Notes under the pieces: generated by a model
Databases searched by the model: none
Told to the model about the DNA's origin: nothing
The model's input: the letters and a program-made list of their open reading frames with translations, nothing else
Shown: positions 9,301-17,861 of the stretch, piece after piece
Layout: every line of letters starts with the position of its first letter
Numbering within the stretch: position 1 is the stretch's first letter
Translations under genes and position numbers: made by a program
Source: Chthoniobacterales bacterium
GTDB taxonomy: Bacteria > Verrucomicrobiota > Verrucomicrobiia > Chthoniobacterales > JBKEAD01
DNA length: 41,300 bases
NCBI GenBank assembly: GCA_047973165.1
Contig: JBKEBM010000065.1
Location: 1 to 41,300 of the forward strand
Direction: 5' to 3'

Positions 9301-11130
9301 ATGAATCTTCCCTTAGCGTATTGCGATAGTCGTTTTTCCTGGCGTCGTCTTCCCACGCGAAAAGTTCAGCTTGGCGGGCTCTCCATCGGCGCAGAAAATC
9401 CCATCCGCATTCAGTCCATGCTGACCTGTGATACCATGGACACCACTGCCTGTGTCGAGCAGACAAAGGCACTCGTCGAAGTCGGTTGCGAAATCGTTCG
9501 CATCACCGCGCCCACAATTAAAGATGCTGCAAACCTGGAAAATATCGTCTCCGAGCTGCGTTCTCTCGGCTGCGACGTACCTGTTGTTGCCGACATTCAC
9601 TTCAAGCCCCAGGCTGCGATGGAAGCAGCTAAATGGGTTGAAAAAATACGCGTCAATCCAGGCAACTATGCGGACTCCAAAAAATTTGCTGTCCGTGAAT
9701 ACAGCAACGAAGAATACGGCGAAGAACTTCATCGCATAAAGGAACGCTTTTCCCCCCTCGTCAAATACTGTCGCGATAAAAAACTCGCCATGCGCATCGG
9801 AACCAACCACGGCTCTCTCAGCGACCGCATCATGAATCGCTACGGCGATACGCCACGCGGCATGGTGGAAAGCGCACTCGAATTTGCCCGCATCGCCCGG
9901 GAACTCGACTACCATAATTTTGTTTTTTCGATGAAAGCCTCGAATCCGAAAATTATGATCGAGGCTTACCGGCTGCTTGCAGCGCATTTGCGGCAACTCG
10001 GGCCGGACTGGAATTATCCTCTCCATCTCGGCGTCACGGAAGCAGGCGACGGAGAAGACGGACGTATAAAGAGTGCTGTCGGCATCGGCAGCCTGCTGGC
10101 CGACGGTCTTGGAGACACCATTCGCGTATCGCTCACCGAAGACAGCGTCCAGGAAATTCCCGTTGCTCAGGCACTGGCCGACCACATTTCAACAACCTTC
10201 GATCGTCCCGATTCTCACGCTCTCTCCACACCGAAAACAGAAGCCTGGTCACCTGATCCCTTCAGCTACACACGCCGCCCCGGCAAGGAAATTTCTTTTG
10301 ACAGCCAACTCGGCAAAACCCGGATCGGTGGCGAACAACTCGTGCAGGTTGCGATCCGCCCGAGCAGCTTTGAGCAGCTTGCACACAAGATCGACGCCCT
10401 TGGCGACTTCCGTCCCGACTTTGTCATTCCTGCGGATGAAGACCCGCACTATGTCGAAATCGATCCTCGCGACGACAATGAAATTTGCCGCGTCAACTCG
10501 CTGCCGGACCCATGTCTTATCAGCATCCCCGATGCGTGCGACGTGCCGGTCATCCATGCCTTTCGCCTCCTGGCAGCAAAACTTGATCCCCGGCATCCTC
10601 TCCTGCTCAAAGACACCTTTACTCCATCCCGCGACGATACGCGCCCTTTCCTGGAAAGCCTTCTCGAAGCCTCCGTCAACCTCGGTTCGCTGCTCTGCGA
10701 CGGTATCGGGGATGCCATTTTGGTGCAGGGTGAAAAAGCACCCGGCCAGGCATTGCGACTTTCTTTTAATATTCTCCAGGCCGTCGGTGCCCGTATTTTC
10801 AAGACAGATTACGTGGCGTGTCCAAGCTGCGGGCGCACGCTTTTTGACCTCCAAAGCACAACGGCACGAATCAAAGAAGCTACCGTCCACCTCAAAGGCG
10901 TCCGCATCGCCATCATGGGCTGCATCGTCAACGGACCGGGCGAAATGGCCGATGCCGATTTTGGCTACGTCGGTGGTGCTCCAGGAAAAGTAAACCTCTA
11001 CGTTGGTAAACAAGCCGTTAAATTTAACATCCCCGAAGCCGAAGCGGTAAGCCGCCTCATCGACCTGATCAAAGAACACGGACGCTGGGTTGACGCTCCG
11101 GGCAAACAATCACAAGCCAATCTCTCATGA
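9301..11130 (+). CDS. ispG: (E)-4-hydroxy-3-methylbut-2-enyl diphosphate synthase, long form with insertion domain
   Basis: PIRIQSM, VADIHF, RVNPGN, RIGTNHGSL, PLHLGVTEAG, GDTIRVSL, Fe-S ligands CPSCGR and MGCIVNGPGE. Confidence 0.97.
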   Translation: MNLPLAYCDSRFSWRRLPTRKVQLGGLSIGAENPIRIQSMLTCDTMDTTACVEQTKALVEVGCEIVRITAPTIKDAANLENIVSELRSLGCDVPVVADIHFKPQAAMEAAKWVEKIRVNPGNYADSKKFAVREYSNEEYGEELHRIKERFSPLVKYCRDKKLAMRIGTNHGSLSDRIMNRYGDTPRGMVESALEFARIARELDYHNFVFSMKASNPKIMIEAYRLLAAHLRQLGPDWNYPLHLGVTEAGDGEDGRIKSAVGIGSLLADGLGDTIRVSLTEDSVQEIPVAQALADHISTTFDRPDSHALSTPKTEAWSPDPFSYTRRPGKEISFDSQLGKTRIGGEQLVQVAIRPSSFEQLAHKIDALGDFRPDFVIPADEDPHYVEIDPRDDNEICRVNSLPDPCLISIPDACDVPVIHAFRLLAAKLDPRHPLLLKDTFTPSRDDTRPFLESLLEASVNLGSLLCDGIGDAILVQGEKAPGQALRLSFNILQAVGARIFKTDYVACPSCGRTLFDLQSTTARIKEATVHLKGVRIAIMGCIVNGPGEMADADFGYVGGAPGKVNLYVGKQAVKFNIPEAEAVSRLIDLIKEHGRWVDAPGKQSQANLS

Positions 11131-12200
11131 GCGAAACCCTCTCCCTGCACACTGCCTCCGCTGACTACCAGGTCCACATCGGTCCCGGCTTACTCGACCA
11201 GGCCGGGCGCATCTCCCGCGAACTTTCCAAAAGCAAACACTGCGCCGTAATCACTGACGAAAATGTTGCTCCACTTTATCTCGAACGTCTCCTCGCATCG
11301 CTTTACTCCAGCGGTTGGACCGCCGTCCCCATTACCGTCCCCGCGGGCGAAAAATCCAAGTCGCTGAACCACACGGAAATCTGCTGCGAGAAAATGATTG
11401 CTGCCGGGCTGGACCGCAAAGCACTCCTGTTTGCTCTGGGCGGCGGAGTTGTTGGTGATTTGGCAGGCTTCGTTGCCTCGATTTATTTTCGCGGTATTCC
11501 CTTTATTCAAATCCCAACCAGCGTTGTTGCTCAGGTCGATAGTTCGGTCGGAGGAAAAACCGGCGTCAATAGTCGACTTGGAAAAAATCTCATCGGTGCC
11601 TTTCAGCAACCCCTGGCCGTTATTGCCGATACCGATACTCTGAAAACGCTGCCGCCCCGCGAATTTTCTGAAGGCCTCGCCGAAGTTGTCAAACACGCCA
11701 TTATTCGCGACCGCTCCCTTCTTGACCTTATTGAAACAGCACCGACAGAAAATACGCCAACTCTCATCAGGCGTAATGTCCGCATCAAAGCCGACATCGT
11801 CGAAGAAGACGAAAAAGAAATCAGCGGCACGCGGGCACTTTTAAATTTCGGACACACCGTCGGCCACGCCATCGAAAACGCAGCCGGCTACGGACAATTC
11901 CTGCACGGAGAAGCCATCAGCCTCGGCATTCTCGCTGCTCTGAGACTTTCGGTAATCCACGCCAACCTGCCACAAAGCGAAGCAACTCTCATCGAAGAAA
12001 AACTTCACTCCCTCGGCCTACCCACAAAACTTCCTGAAAACCTGACAGACCAGAGCATTCTGACAGCGATGAAAACGGATAAAAAATTTCAGGAAGGCAA
12101 AATCCATTTTGTCCTGACCCAAAAGCTCGGCAGTGCTTTTGTCAGTAATAAAATTACCATGCAGGACATCCAAAAAAGCTTACAAACTCTGCACAGCTAA
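11127..12200 (+). CDS. aroB: 3-dehydroquinate synthase
   Basis: GEKSKS, ALGGGVVGDLAGF, AQVDSSVGGKTGVN, GKNLIGAF, LNFGHTVGHAIE, HGEAI, DKK. ATGA overlap with ispG. Confidence 0.97.
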   Translation: MSETLSLHTASADYQVHIGPGLLDQAGRISRELSKSKHCAVITDENVAPLYLERLLASLYSSGWTAVPITVPAGEKSKSLNHTEICCEKMIAAGLDRKALLFALGGGVVGDLAGFVASIYFRGIPFIQIPTSVVAQVDSSVGGKTGVNSRLGKNLIGAFQQPLAVIADTDTLKTLPPREFSEGLAEVVKHAIIRDRSLLDLIETAPTENTPTLIRRNVRIKADIVEEDEKEISGTRALLNFGHTVGHAIENAAGYGQFLHGEAISLGILAALRLSVIHANLPQSEATLIEEKLHSLGLPTKLPENLTDQSILTAMKTDKKFQEGKIHFVLTQKLGSAFVSNKITMQDIQKSLQTLHS

Positions 12201-12203
12201 AAA

Positions 12204-12809
12204 CTACTTACGCCCCGCCCGCCGCTCGGCCTCTTCGTCGATTGCTTTCACTGTAGTTTTCGCCTCCTTCAGTGCCTGGTTTTTCAGTCCGGTAACCAAA
12301 TTTGTTATTGGCACGACCAGGTTCGTGTAGCACATCAGAGTCTGGTTTTCGCCGTAAGGCTCGATGCGCAGCGACCCATTGCCGGACTTTGCCAGGGGAG
12401 ATTTCAGAAGCTTCCACTTCACCTCCCAAAGAGAGCCTTTTTTTGAATACGAATTTCGGACCGTATAAGAAATTTTTTGCAGCACAGGAACCTTCACCGT
12501 GTAGCGCAAGTCCTTACTCCCATCCGGCTCCGTCGCAATCACCTCTGCCGAAATCAACTTGGGTGTATAAGTCGTAGCCGCATATTAATCGGTAAACAAA
12601 TCCCACACAACCTCCGGTGGTGGATCCAGCACACGATACAAGCCCAACTCCGGCCAGGGAGACTTCACTTCACGGCTCTTAACCACGATTTCATGATCGA
12701 CAAGTTGCTTTTGCTCTGCCGCAGACAGCTCATTAAAAATATCCCCGCGAACTGGTAGCGAAGACACAACCAAACCGATGATACCCATTAAATAAATACG
12801 TGATTTCAT
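12204..12809 (-). pseudogene. Exported START/SRPBCC-like protein interrupted by one in-frame TAA (pseudogene or sequencing error)
   Basis: ORFs 12585-12809 and 12204-12557 share a frame and join as ...PPEVVWDLFTD*YAATTYTPKLISAEV.... N-terminal signal peptide. PPEVVWxxxTD and GSLRIEPYGENQTLMCY are typical of SRPBCC folds. Confidence 0.7.
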
Positions 12810-12917
12810 AAATATACCATTCGCTTCTATGCCTCACTTTCAAATATGCAAAATACTCGTGCCTGACAAGACAACGAGTTGACGGCATCATATTTCCAAA
12901 GCAAACTGCCAGCGATC

Positions 12918-14099
12918 ATGTTATTTTTCCCCTTTGTGGCCGCGGCTTCGGCCTCTTTGTCTTCCGACTCCACGGCCTCCTGGACGCTTCTGATCGTTTA
13001 CTTCTGCCTGGCAATCGGAGTTTCATTTTTCTGTTCTGTCTGGGAGGCCGTCATCCTCAGCGTCACAAATCCTTACATTGCCAACCTGAAAAAAAAGCGG
13101 CCCAAAACCGGCAATCGACTGGACAATTTAAAAAAGCACATCAGCCGTCCCCTCTCCGCCATCCTCACACTCAATACCATCTCTCACACAGTCGGCGCCA
13201 TGGGAGTTGCCTCACAAGTCACAGCTCTCGGAGGTGGTAAATGGGATGCCGTCGCGGGTGCATTTATGACCATTGCCATTCTGATCGCATCAGAAATTAT
13301 CCCAAAAAATCTCGGGGCACGTCACTGGCGGGCATGGGCACCCTGGGTTGCTATCTGCCTCAGTTGGCTGACAAAATTAATGACTCCCATCATCCGAATC
13401 CTGGAGATTTTCAGCAAATCGCATCACAAAGAAGCCACCTTCAGCCGGGATGAACTAAAGGTAATGGCCGAGATCGGAACACGTCAGGGAAAGCTCCGCG
13501 AAGAAGAATCCCGCATCCTGGACAACCTCCTCCAGCTCCGCAGCATCTCCGTTCACGAAGTCATGACCCCCCGTGTGGTTGTCTTCGCTCTGCCTGAAAG
13601 CACGACCATTCAGGAATACATCGACAAGCACGACAGCTCACCTTTTTCGCGAATACCCATCTACTCCGAAAACCGTGATGACATTCATCACTTTGTCCTG
13701 AAACACGACATCCTCCTCGCCGCAGCACAAGGCAACTTTACGCTGACTTTAAAAGACCTGAAACGCAAACTGCTCGCAATTTCCGAAGTTACAAAACTAA
13801 CGAGTGCCTTCGAACACCTCGTCGCTAACCGAAGTCACATCTCTCTCGTGCTGGATGAATACGGTGGCATGTCCGGCCTCGTTACCATGGAAGACATCGT
13901 CGAAACTCTGCTTGGTCTGGAAATTATAGACGAAGCAGATACCCGGGAAGATATGCAGGAATTTGCACGAAATCTCTGGAAAGCCCGCGCCGCCAAAATG
14001 GGCCTGGAAATCGAAATCCTGTATCGGAAAAATAATATCCGACGCGCTGGTACCCGGTTTTTTTATTTTAAAAGCGTCCCACGCATTTCCATTGGCTGA
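12918..14099 (+). CDS. CNNM (DUF21) + CBS-pair membrane protein (hemolysin/CorB-like Mg2+/Co2+ transport family)
   Basis: SFFCSVWEAVILS, AILTLNTISHTVGA, SEIIPK, VMTPR, FSRIPIY, VLDEYGGMSGLVTMEDIVETLLGLEIIDE. ATG 12918 preferred over TTG 12879. The last ~28 codons are suspect. Confidence 0.92.
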   Translation: MLFFPFVAAASASLSSDSTASWTLLIVYFCLAIGVSFFCSVWEAVILSVTNPYIANLKKKRPKTGNRLDNLKKHISRPLSAILTLNTISHTVGAMGVASQVTALGGGKWDAVAGAFMTIAILIASEIIPKNLGARHWRAWAPWVAICLSWLTKLMTPIIRILEIFSKSHHKEATFSRDELKVMAEIGTRQGKLREEESRILDNLLQLRSISVHEVMTPRVVVFALPESTTIQEYIDKHDSSPFSRIPIYSENRDDIHHFVLKHDILLAAAQGNFTLTLKDLKRKLLAISEVTKLTSAFEHLVANRSHISLVLDEYGGMSGLVTMEDIVETLLGLEIIDEADTREDMQEFARNLWKARAAKMGLEIEILYRKNNIRRAGTRFFYFKSVPRISIG

Positions 14100-16339
14100 A
14101 AAAGAATCCAAACCCCTAAGTAAAAAAGCCCTCCGGCCAAAAGCAGCCAGGGAGTCACGACACGCCAAAATGATATATTTTTATTATTATCAATAAAACG
14201 GTTCGCAAATTTCCATACAAGCAGTGTCGAAGATACAAAGGCTGCATTTAACAGAATTAACTCAACAGGAAGGAGCCACTCCAAAAGCTGAATCGGTGGA
14301 CGCCAAACACTCTCCGCAGAACTCCCAATAAAACGCTGAACCACCGGAACAATCGTCCCCAGTCCTGTCAAAAAATGAAAACTAAAATGTGCCGCCCACA
14401 TTCCCAGTCCAAGCGGAACAAGTGTGTAAGCAAAACTCAGAACTTCCGTTTTAAATAAATCTGCCTTCCGGCCAAAAGCAGCCCACGCTGTCAGCCCAAG
14501 CAAAATTGCAGGAAGCAAAATACAACCTGCAAAAATAAAAGCAGCCACCAAGACCAGCCGCATCCTCTCCCCCAATCCGGCCATGACATAATCTTCCAAA
14601 GCAAGAACAGGAGAGATCATCGCAGCTGCATTCGTAAAGGCTGCAAAAACAATAACGATACAAAGCGCCAGAATATCTCTTCTCTGTAATAAACGAGCGA
14701 TGCCTGATTCTGAAATATTGTCAGCGACCTTTAAGAAATTCTTCGAAGGCGAGGTCGCCACCCAGCCCACGTTGTCGTGCGGACAGGCACGCACGCAATC
14801 CAGGCAAAACGTGCAGTCCATATTTCCCTGTTTCCTGGGTTGGAAAAGTGTGAGTTCGCAGCCGCGTGATTTTTCGTTTCCTTTGATGCAGTCAAAAGTC
14901 TTACAGGAGGCACAAACATCGTGACTGCGAGTCGTAATCTGAAAAGGAGATGCCAGCGATTGAACAAAATTAAAATGTCCGATCGGACAGACATATTTAC
15001 AAAAACTGGCTCCTTTAAAAATACTATCAATCAACGCAGACCCTGTAAAATAACCGATCACCAGCCATGCCGTGAGCTGAGGATGATCCCAAAGTGCAAA
15101 GGATTCGTAGGCCCACAGATAAAAAAGCAGGAGAAACAATACTAACCACTTCAGCCGCAGCCAGCGCGGCCAGACCAGACGTGGCGAAATTATTTTTCTC
15201 AGTCCGTCCCGAAATAAAATGAAAGGACAGCCGAAGCAAAATATATTTCCGACCACCAGCAAGGCGATAATCGAAAAGGCACGCCAGTAGGTCCAGGGCA
15301 ACACACCAGCCAGATTCAACGGACTGATCTGTGGACCAAACAACCCATCCACAACGAGTAAAACAGCAATTAAAAACAAGAGGAACTGAACACTGCGTCG
15401 AAAGGTAAGTGAGCTTAAAAGTGATCCAAAAAACGGAACCGCCAGCAAATCAAAAGGTCGGGCAGAGACCTTACCTTCGCCACGTAAAACGGTTTTCTTT
15501 TCAGGACGAAAAAACTCAGATGGTCTTACGCCTTTGTGCACAGAAAGTAACTTCATCGCAATAAAAGCCGCCGGAATAAAATAAGCCATCGATCCGGGAA
15601 CCCACATGATAACACCTGCTGCCGCCTGATCTGCCGCTGCGCTTACATCAAAAATACGCGGTGCCAACCGATAAGTCTCGTAGATCACTCCGTCATAAAA
15701 AGTGAGAAAGGCGGCGAGCAATGTGTTCTGCAAATCCGCCAAAAGCAGATACGGAATCATGCTCCAGCGTGGCCAGCTTTCCCGAAAAGGCCAAGGAGCA
15801 ACAACCGGCCACCAGAATAATACAGCCGTGAAAAAAAAGCAGGCATGCTCGAATTCATGCACGTTGTTCCGACTCAGCGCAGCGTCATAGAAGCTCGGAA
15901 TATGCCAGGCTATATTTGAGAACATAAAAATCCCCAGCGCAAAAGGTGGCCAGGTCAGAAAGCGTCCGATGCGTTTCAGAGGTAGCCAGTTCAGCAAAGG
16001 AGCCACCCCCGCGTGCGCCCAGTTTCGCGGAAGTCCGCGCAGCAGCGGCAGCAGAGGGCTTCCCAGTAAAAGCAGAGGTGGTGCCAGCATGGTCAGCAAA
16101 AGGTGCTGTGCCATGTGAGCCTGCAACAACAGCGAAGCAAAAGAATCCAGCGGCGAAGCCACCGCCGCATACAAAGTCAAAAGTCCACCGATAAAACAAA
16201 GCATCCTCCACGCCGGAAAACGCTGCGGCAAAATTCGTCTCAGCCTCCACCAGCCGCGAAAATAAAAAAACGCTGCAGGCAAAAGGAGCAGCAGCCAACC
16301 TGGATTCAACGACCAGGATGCAAAGGCAGCTTCACTCAC
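14063..16339 (-). CDS. ctaG: Fusion of caa3-type CtaG oxidase assembly factor (N-terminal) with a NapH/CcoG-like membrane 4Fe-4S polyferredoxin (C-terminal)
   Basis: CtaG motifs SPLD, AHMAQHLLL, WHIP, HEFEH, DQAAAGVIMWVPG. C-terminal motifs FCFGCP, FCKYVCP, CASCKTFDC, CTFCLDCVRACP among many TM helices. One uninterrupted 758-aa ORF. Confidence 0.88.
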   Translation of the reverse strand: MSEAAFASWSLNPGWLLLLLPAAFFYFRGWWRLRRILPQRFPAWRMLCFIGGLLTLYAAVASPLDSFASLLLQAHMAQHLLLTMLAPPLLLLGSPLLPLLRGLPRNWAHAGVAPLLNWLPLKRIGRFLTWPPFALGIFMFSNIAWHIPSFYDAALSRNNVHEFEHACFFFTAVLFWWPVVAPWPFRESWPRWSMIPYLLLADLQNTLLAAFLTFYDGVIYETYRLAPRIFDVSAAADQAAAGVIMWVPGSMAYFIPAAFIAMKLLSVHKGVRPSEFFRPEKKTVLRGEGKVSARPFDLLAVPFFGSLLSSLTFRRSVQFLLFLIAVLLVVDGLFGPQISPLNLAGVLPWTYWRAFSIIALLVVGNIFCFGCPFILFRDGLRKIISPRLVWPRWLRLKWLVLFLLLFYLWAYESFALWDHPQLTAWLVIGYFTGSALIDSIFKGASFCKYVCPIGHFNFVQSLASPFQITTRSHDVCASCKTFDCIKGNEKSRGCELTLFQPRKQGNMDCTFCLDCVRACPHDNVGWVATSPSKNFLKVADNISESGIARLLQRRDILALCIVIVFAAFTNAAAMISPVLALEDYVMAGLGERMRLVLVAAFIFAGCILLPAILLGLTAWAAFGRKADLFKTEVLSFAYTLVPLGLGMWAAHFSFHFLTGLGTIVPVVQRFIGSSAESVWRPPIQLLEWLLPVELILLNAAFVSSTLLVWKFANRFIDNNKNISFWRVVTPWLLLAGGLFYLGVWILFQPMEMRGTLLK

Positions 16340-16358
16340 TACGCAAAAAATTTACACC

Positions 16359-17858
16359 CTATTCTGTCTCGGCAGATTTTTCCTCGGGAGGCTTTGCCGG
16401 AAAGGTCGAATCCAGTGCCTCGGGGACTGCCTCGGGGGTCAGTGAGGAGAGGTAGGCAACCACGGCAGACGTTTCTGCCGGAGTTAAATTGTGCCCGTAA
16501 GCCGGCATATTGCCACCGCCCTGCAGGAGCTGTCGTGTAAGCTGCGGCACGGTCAGCCGCGAGGCGACTCCCGCCAGATCGGGACCGCGTTTTCCGCCGA
16601 TATCGCCGATCGCATGGCAGTTGCGGCATTGTTTATACTGCACAACAAGGTTGCCGCGAAGCTCCAGTGGTGAACGGTCATCAATAAATTCTTCGGGAGT
16701 TATATCGCGACTCCAGGCTTCCATATGAGGAGACCAGGGTGAGGTTTTCCCGAGATAAGTCAGCGTCAGCAAAGCCAGCCAGACGAGAACCGTAACGATC
16801 ACCGCAAAGGGACGTCGCAGAGCACTTTTTTCACCAACATTGTCAATAAACGGCAGAGCAATGAGAATGACTCCTATGACCATCGGGCCGAGTAAAAGCA
16901 CAACCGTCTCCATGTAAGGCGGCAGCAAAGCAGCCACGGCAAAAATCCAAAGAAAGGGCAGGTCCGGACGCGGCGCTGTATTGATATCTAGCGGATTTGG
17001 CGGGCCGTTCGGACCGGTAGGACCAAAGTAAGCAGAGCAGGCGATGATGAGCAAAAGCACAAACGCACTGAAAATAAGATCCTTGCTGATGGCCTTCGGA
17101 ACAAATGGAACGCCCTCTTTCTCTATAATTCCTTCGTATTCCTCATCGTAAGTTTCTCGACGAATAGCCGTCCCGGGTTTTGGAAATTCGTTAATTCCTT
17201 TTTTCAGAACCAGGCGCAGGTGCAGACTGATCACCGCAATAATCAGGCCTGGCAATACGAATACATGCAGCGAGAAAAAACGACTCAGCGTATCCCCCGC
17301 GATGATGGGGCCGCCGAGCATCATGTTGACCAGGCTCTGTCCCATCACGGGTACGCGGCCCATGATCGAAGCACCAATGCCAAGCCCCCAGTAGGCGTCC
17401 TGATCGAAGCGCAGGATTTGTCCGGTGAAGGACATGCCCAACGTAAAGACCATGAGAAAAATTCCCGAAATCCAGGTCAGTTCGCGTGGATATTTATAAG
17501 CTCCGAAGAGGAAGACCTGTGTCATGTGAATGCACATGAAGAGAACCATGAAGTTCGATCCGTAGGAGTGCATCGCACGGATGAACCAGCCCAGGGGTTG
17601 CTGGAAGTTGAGGTAGAGGAGCGTGGTGTAAGCCTCCGCGCCGGACGGGACGTAAACAAGCGCGAGGAGAATTCCCGTGATGATCTGGATCGAGAAGCAC
17701 AGCAGCGTGGCGCTGCCAAAAACATACCACCAGGAGCCGGAGGTCTTTGGCACTTTGTGGCCGGCCGTGGCATCGAAAACTTTTTGCAGATACAGCCGCT
17801 TGTCGAGCCACTCAAAAGTGGCCTGTGCAGCTTCAGCAATGCGATTCGTAAAATTCAT
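16359..17858 (-). CDS. qcrB: Cytochrome b of a Rieske/cyt b complex, with subunit IV and a C-terminal monohaem cytochrome c in one polypeptide
   Basis: Haem b histidines in RAMHSYGSNFMVLFMCIH and FSLHVFVLPGLIIAVISLH, YKYPRELTWISG, Qo-site position PRPDLPF, CRNCH...GPDL...NMPAY. Confidence 0.93.
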   Translation of the reverse strand: MNFTNRIAEAAQATFEWLDKRLYLQKVFDATAGHKVPKTSGSWWYVFGSATLLCFSIQIITGILLALVYVPSGAEAYTTLLYLNFQQPLGWFIRAMHSYGSNFMVLFMCIHMTQVFLFGAYKYPRELTWISGIFLMVFTLGMSFTGQILRFDQDAYWGLGIGASIMGRVPVMGQSLVNMMLGGPIIAGDTLSRFFSLHVFVLPGLIIAVISLHLRLVLKKGINEFPKPGTAIRRETYDEEYEGIIEKEGVPFVPKAISKDLIFSAFVLLLIIACSAYFGPTGPNGPPNPLDINTAPRPDLPFLWIFAVAALLPPYMETVVLLLGPMVIGVILIALPFIDNVGEKSALRRPFAVIVTVLVWLALLTLTYLGKTSPWSPHMEAWSRDITPEEFIDDRSPLELRGNLVVQYKQCRNCHAIGDIGGKRGPDLAGVASRLTVPQLTRQLLQGGGNMPAYGHNLTPAETSAVVAYLSSLTPEAVPEALDSTFPAKPPEEKSAETE

Positions 17859-17861
17859 TTG

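Noticed and set aside
9313-11109. Minus-strand ORFs of 290 and 286 aa and a 306-aa alternative-frame ORF within ispG
   Set aside because: They fully overlap a confidently identified gene and are shadow ORFs.
12585-12587. Stop-codon reassignment or Sec/Pyl readthrough
   Set aside because: The codon is TAA, which ends several bona fide genes in this window, and no other gene shows internal stops.
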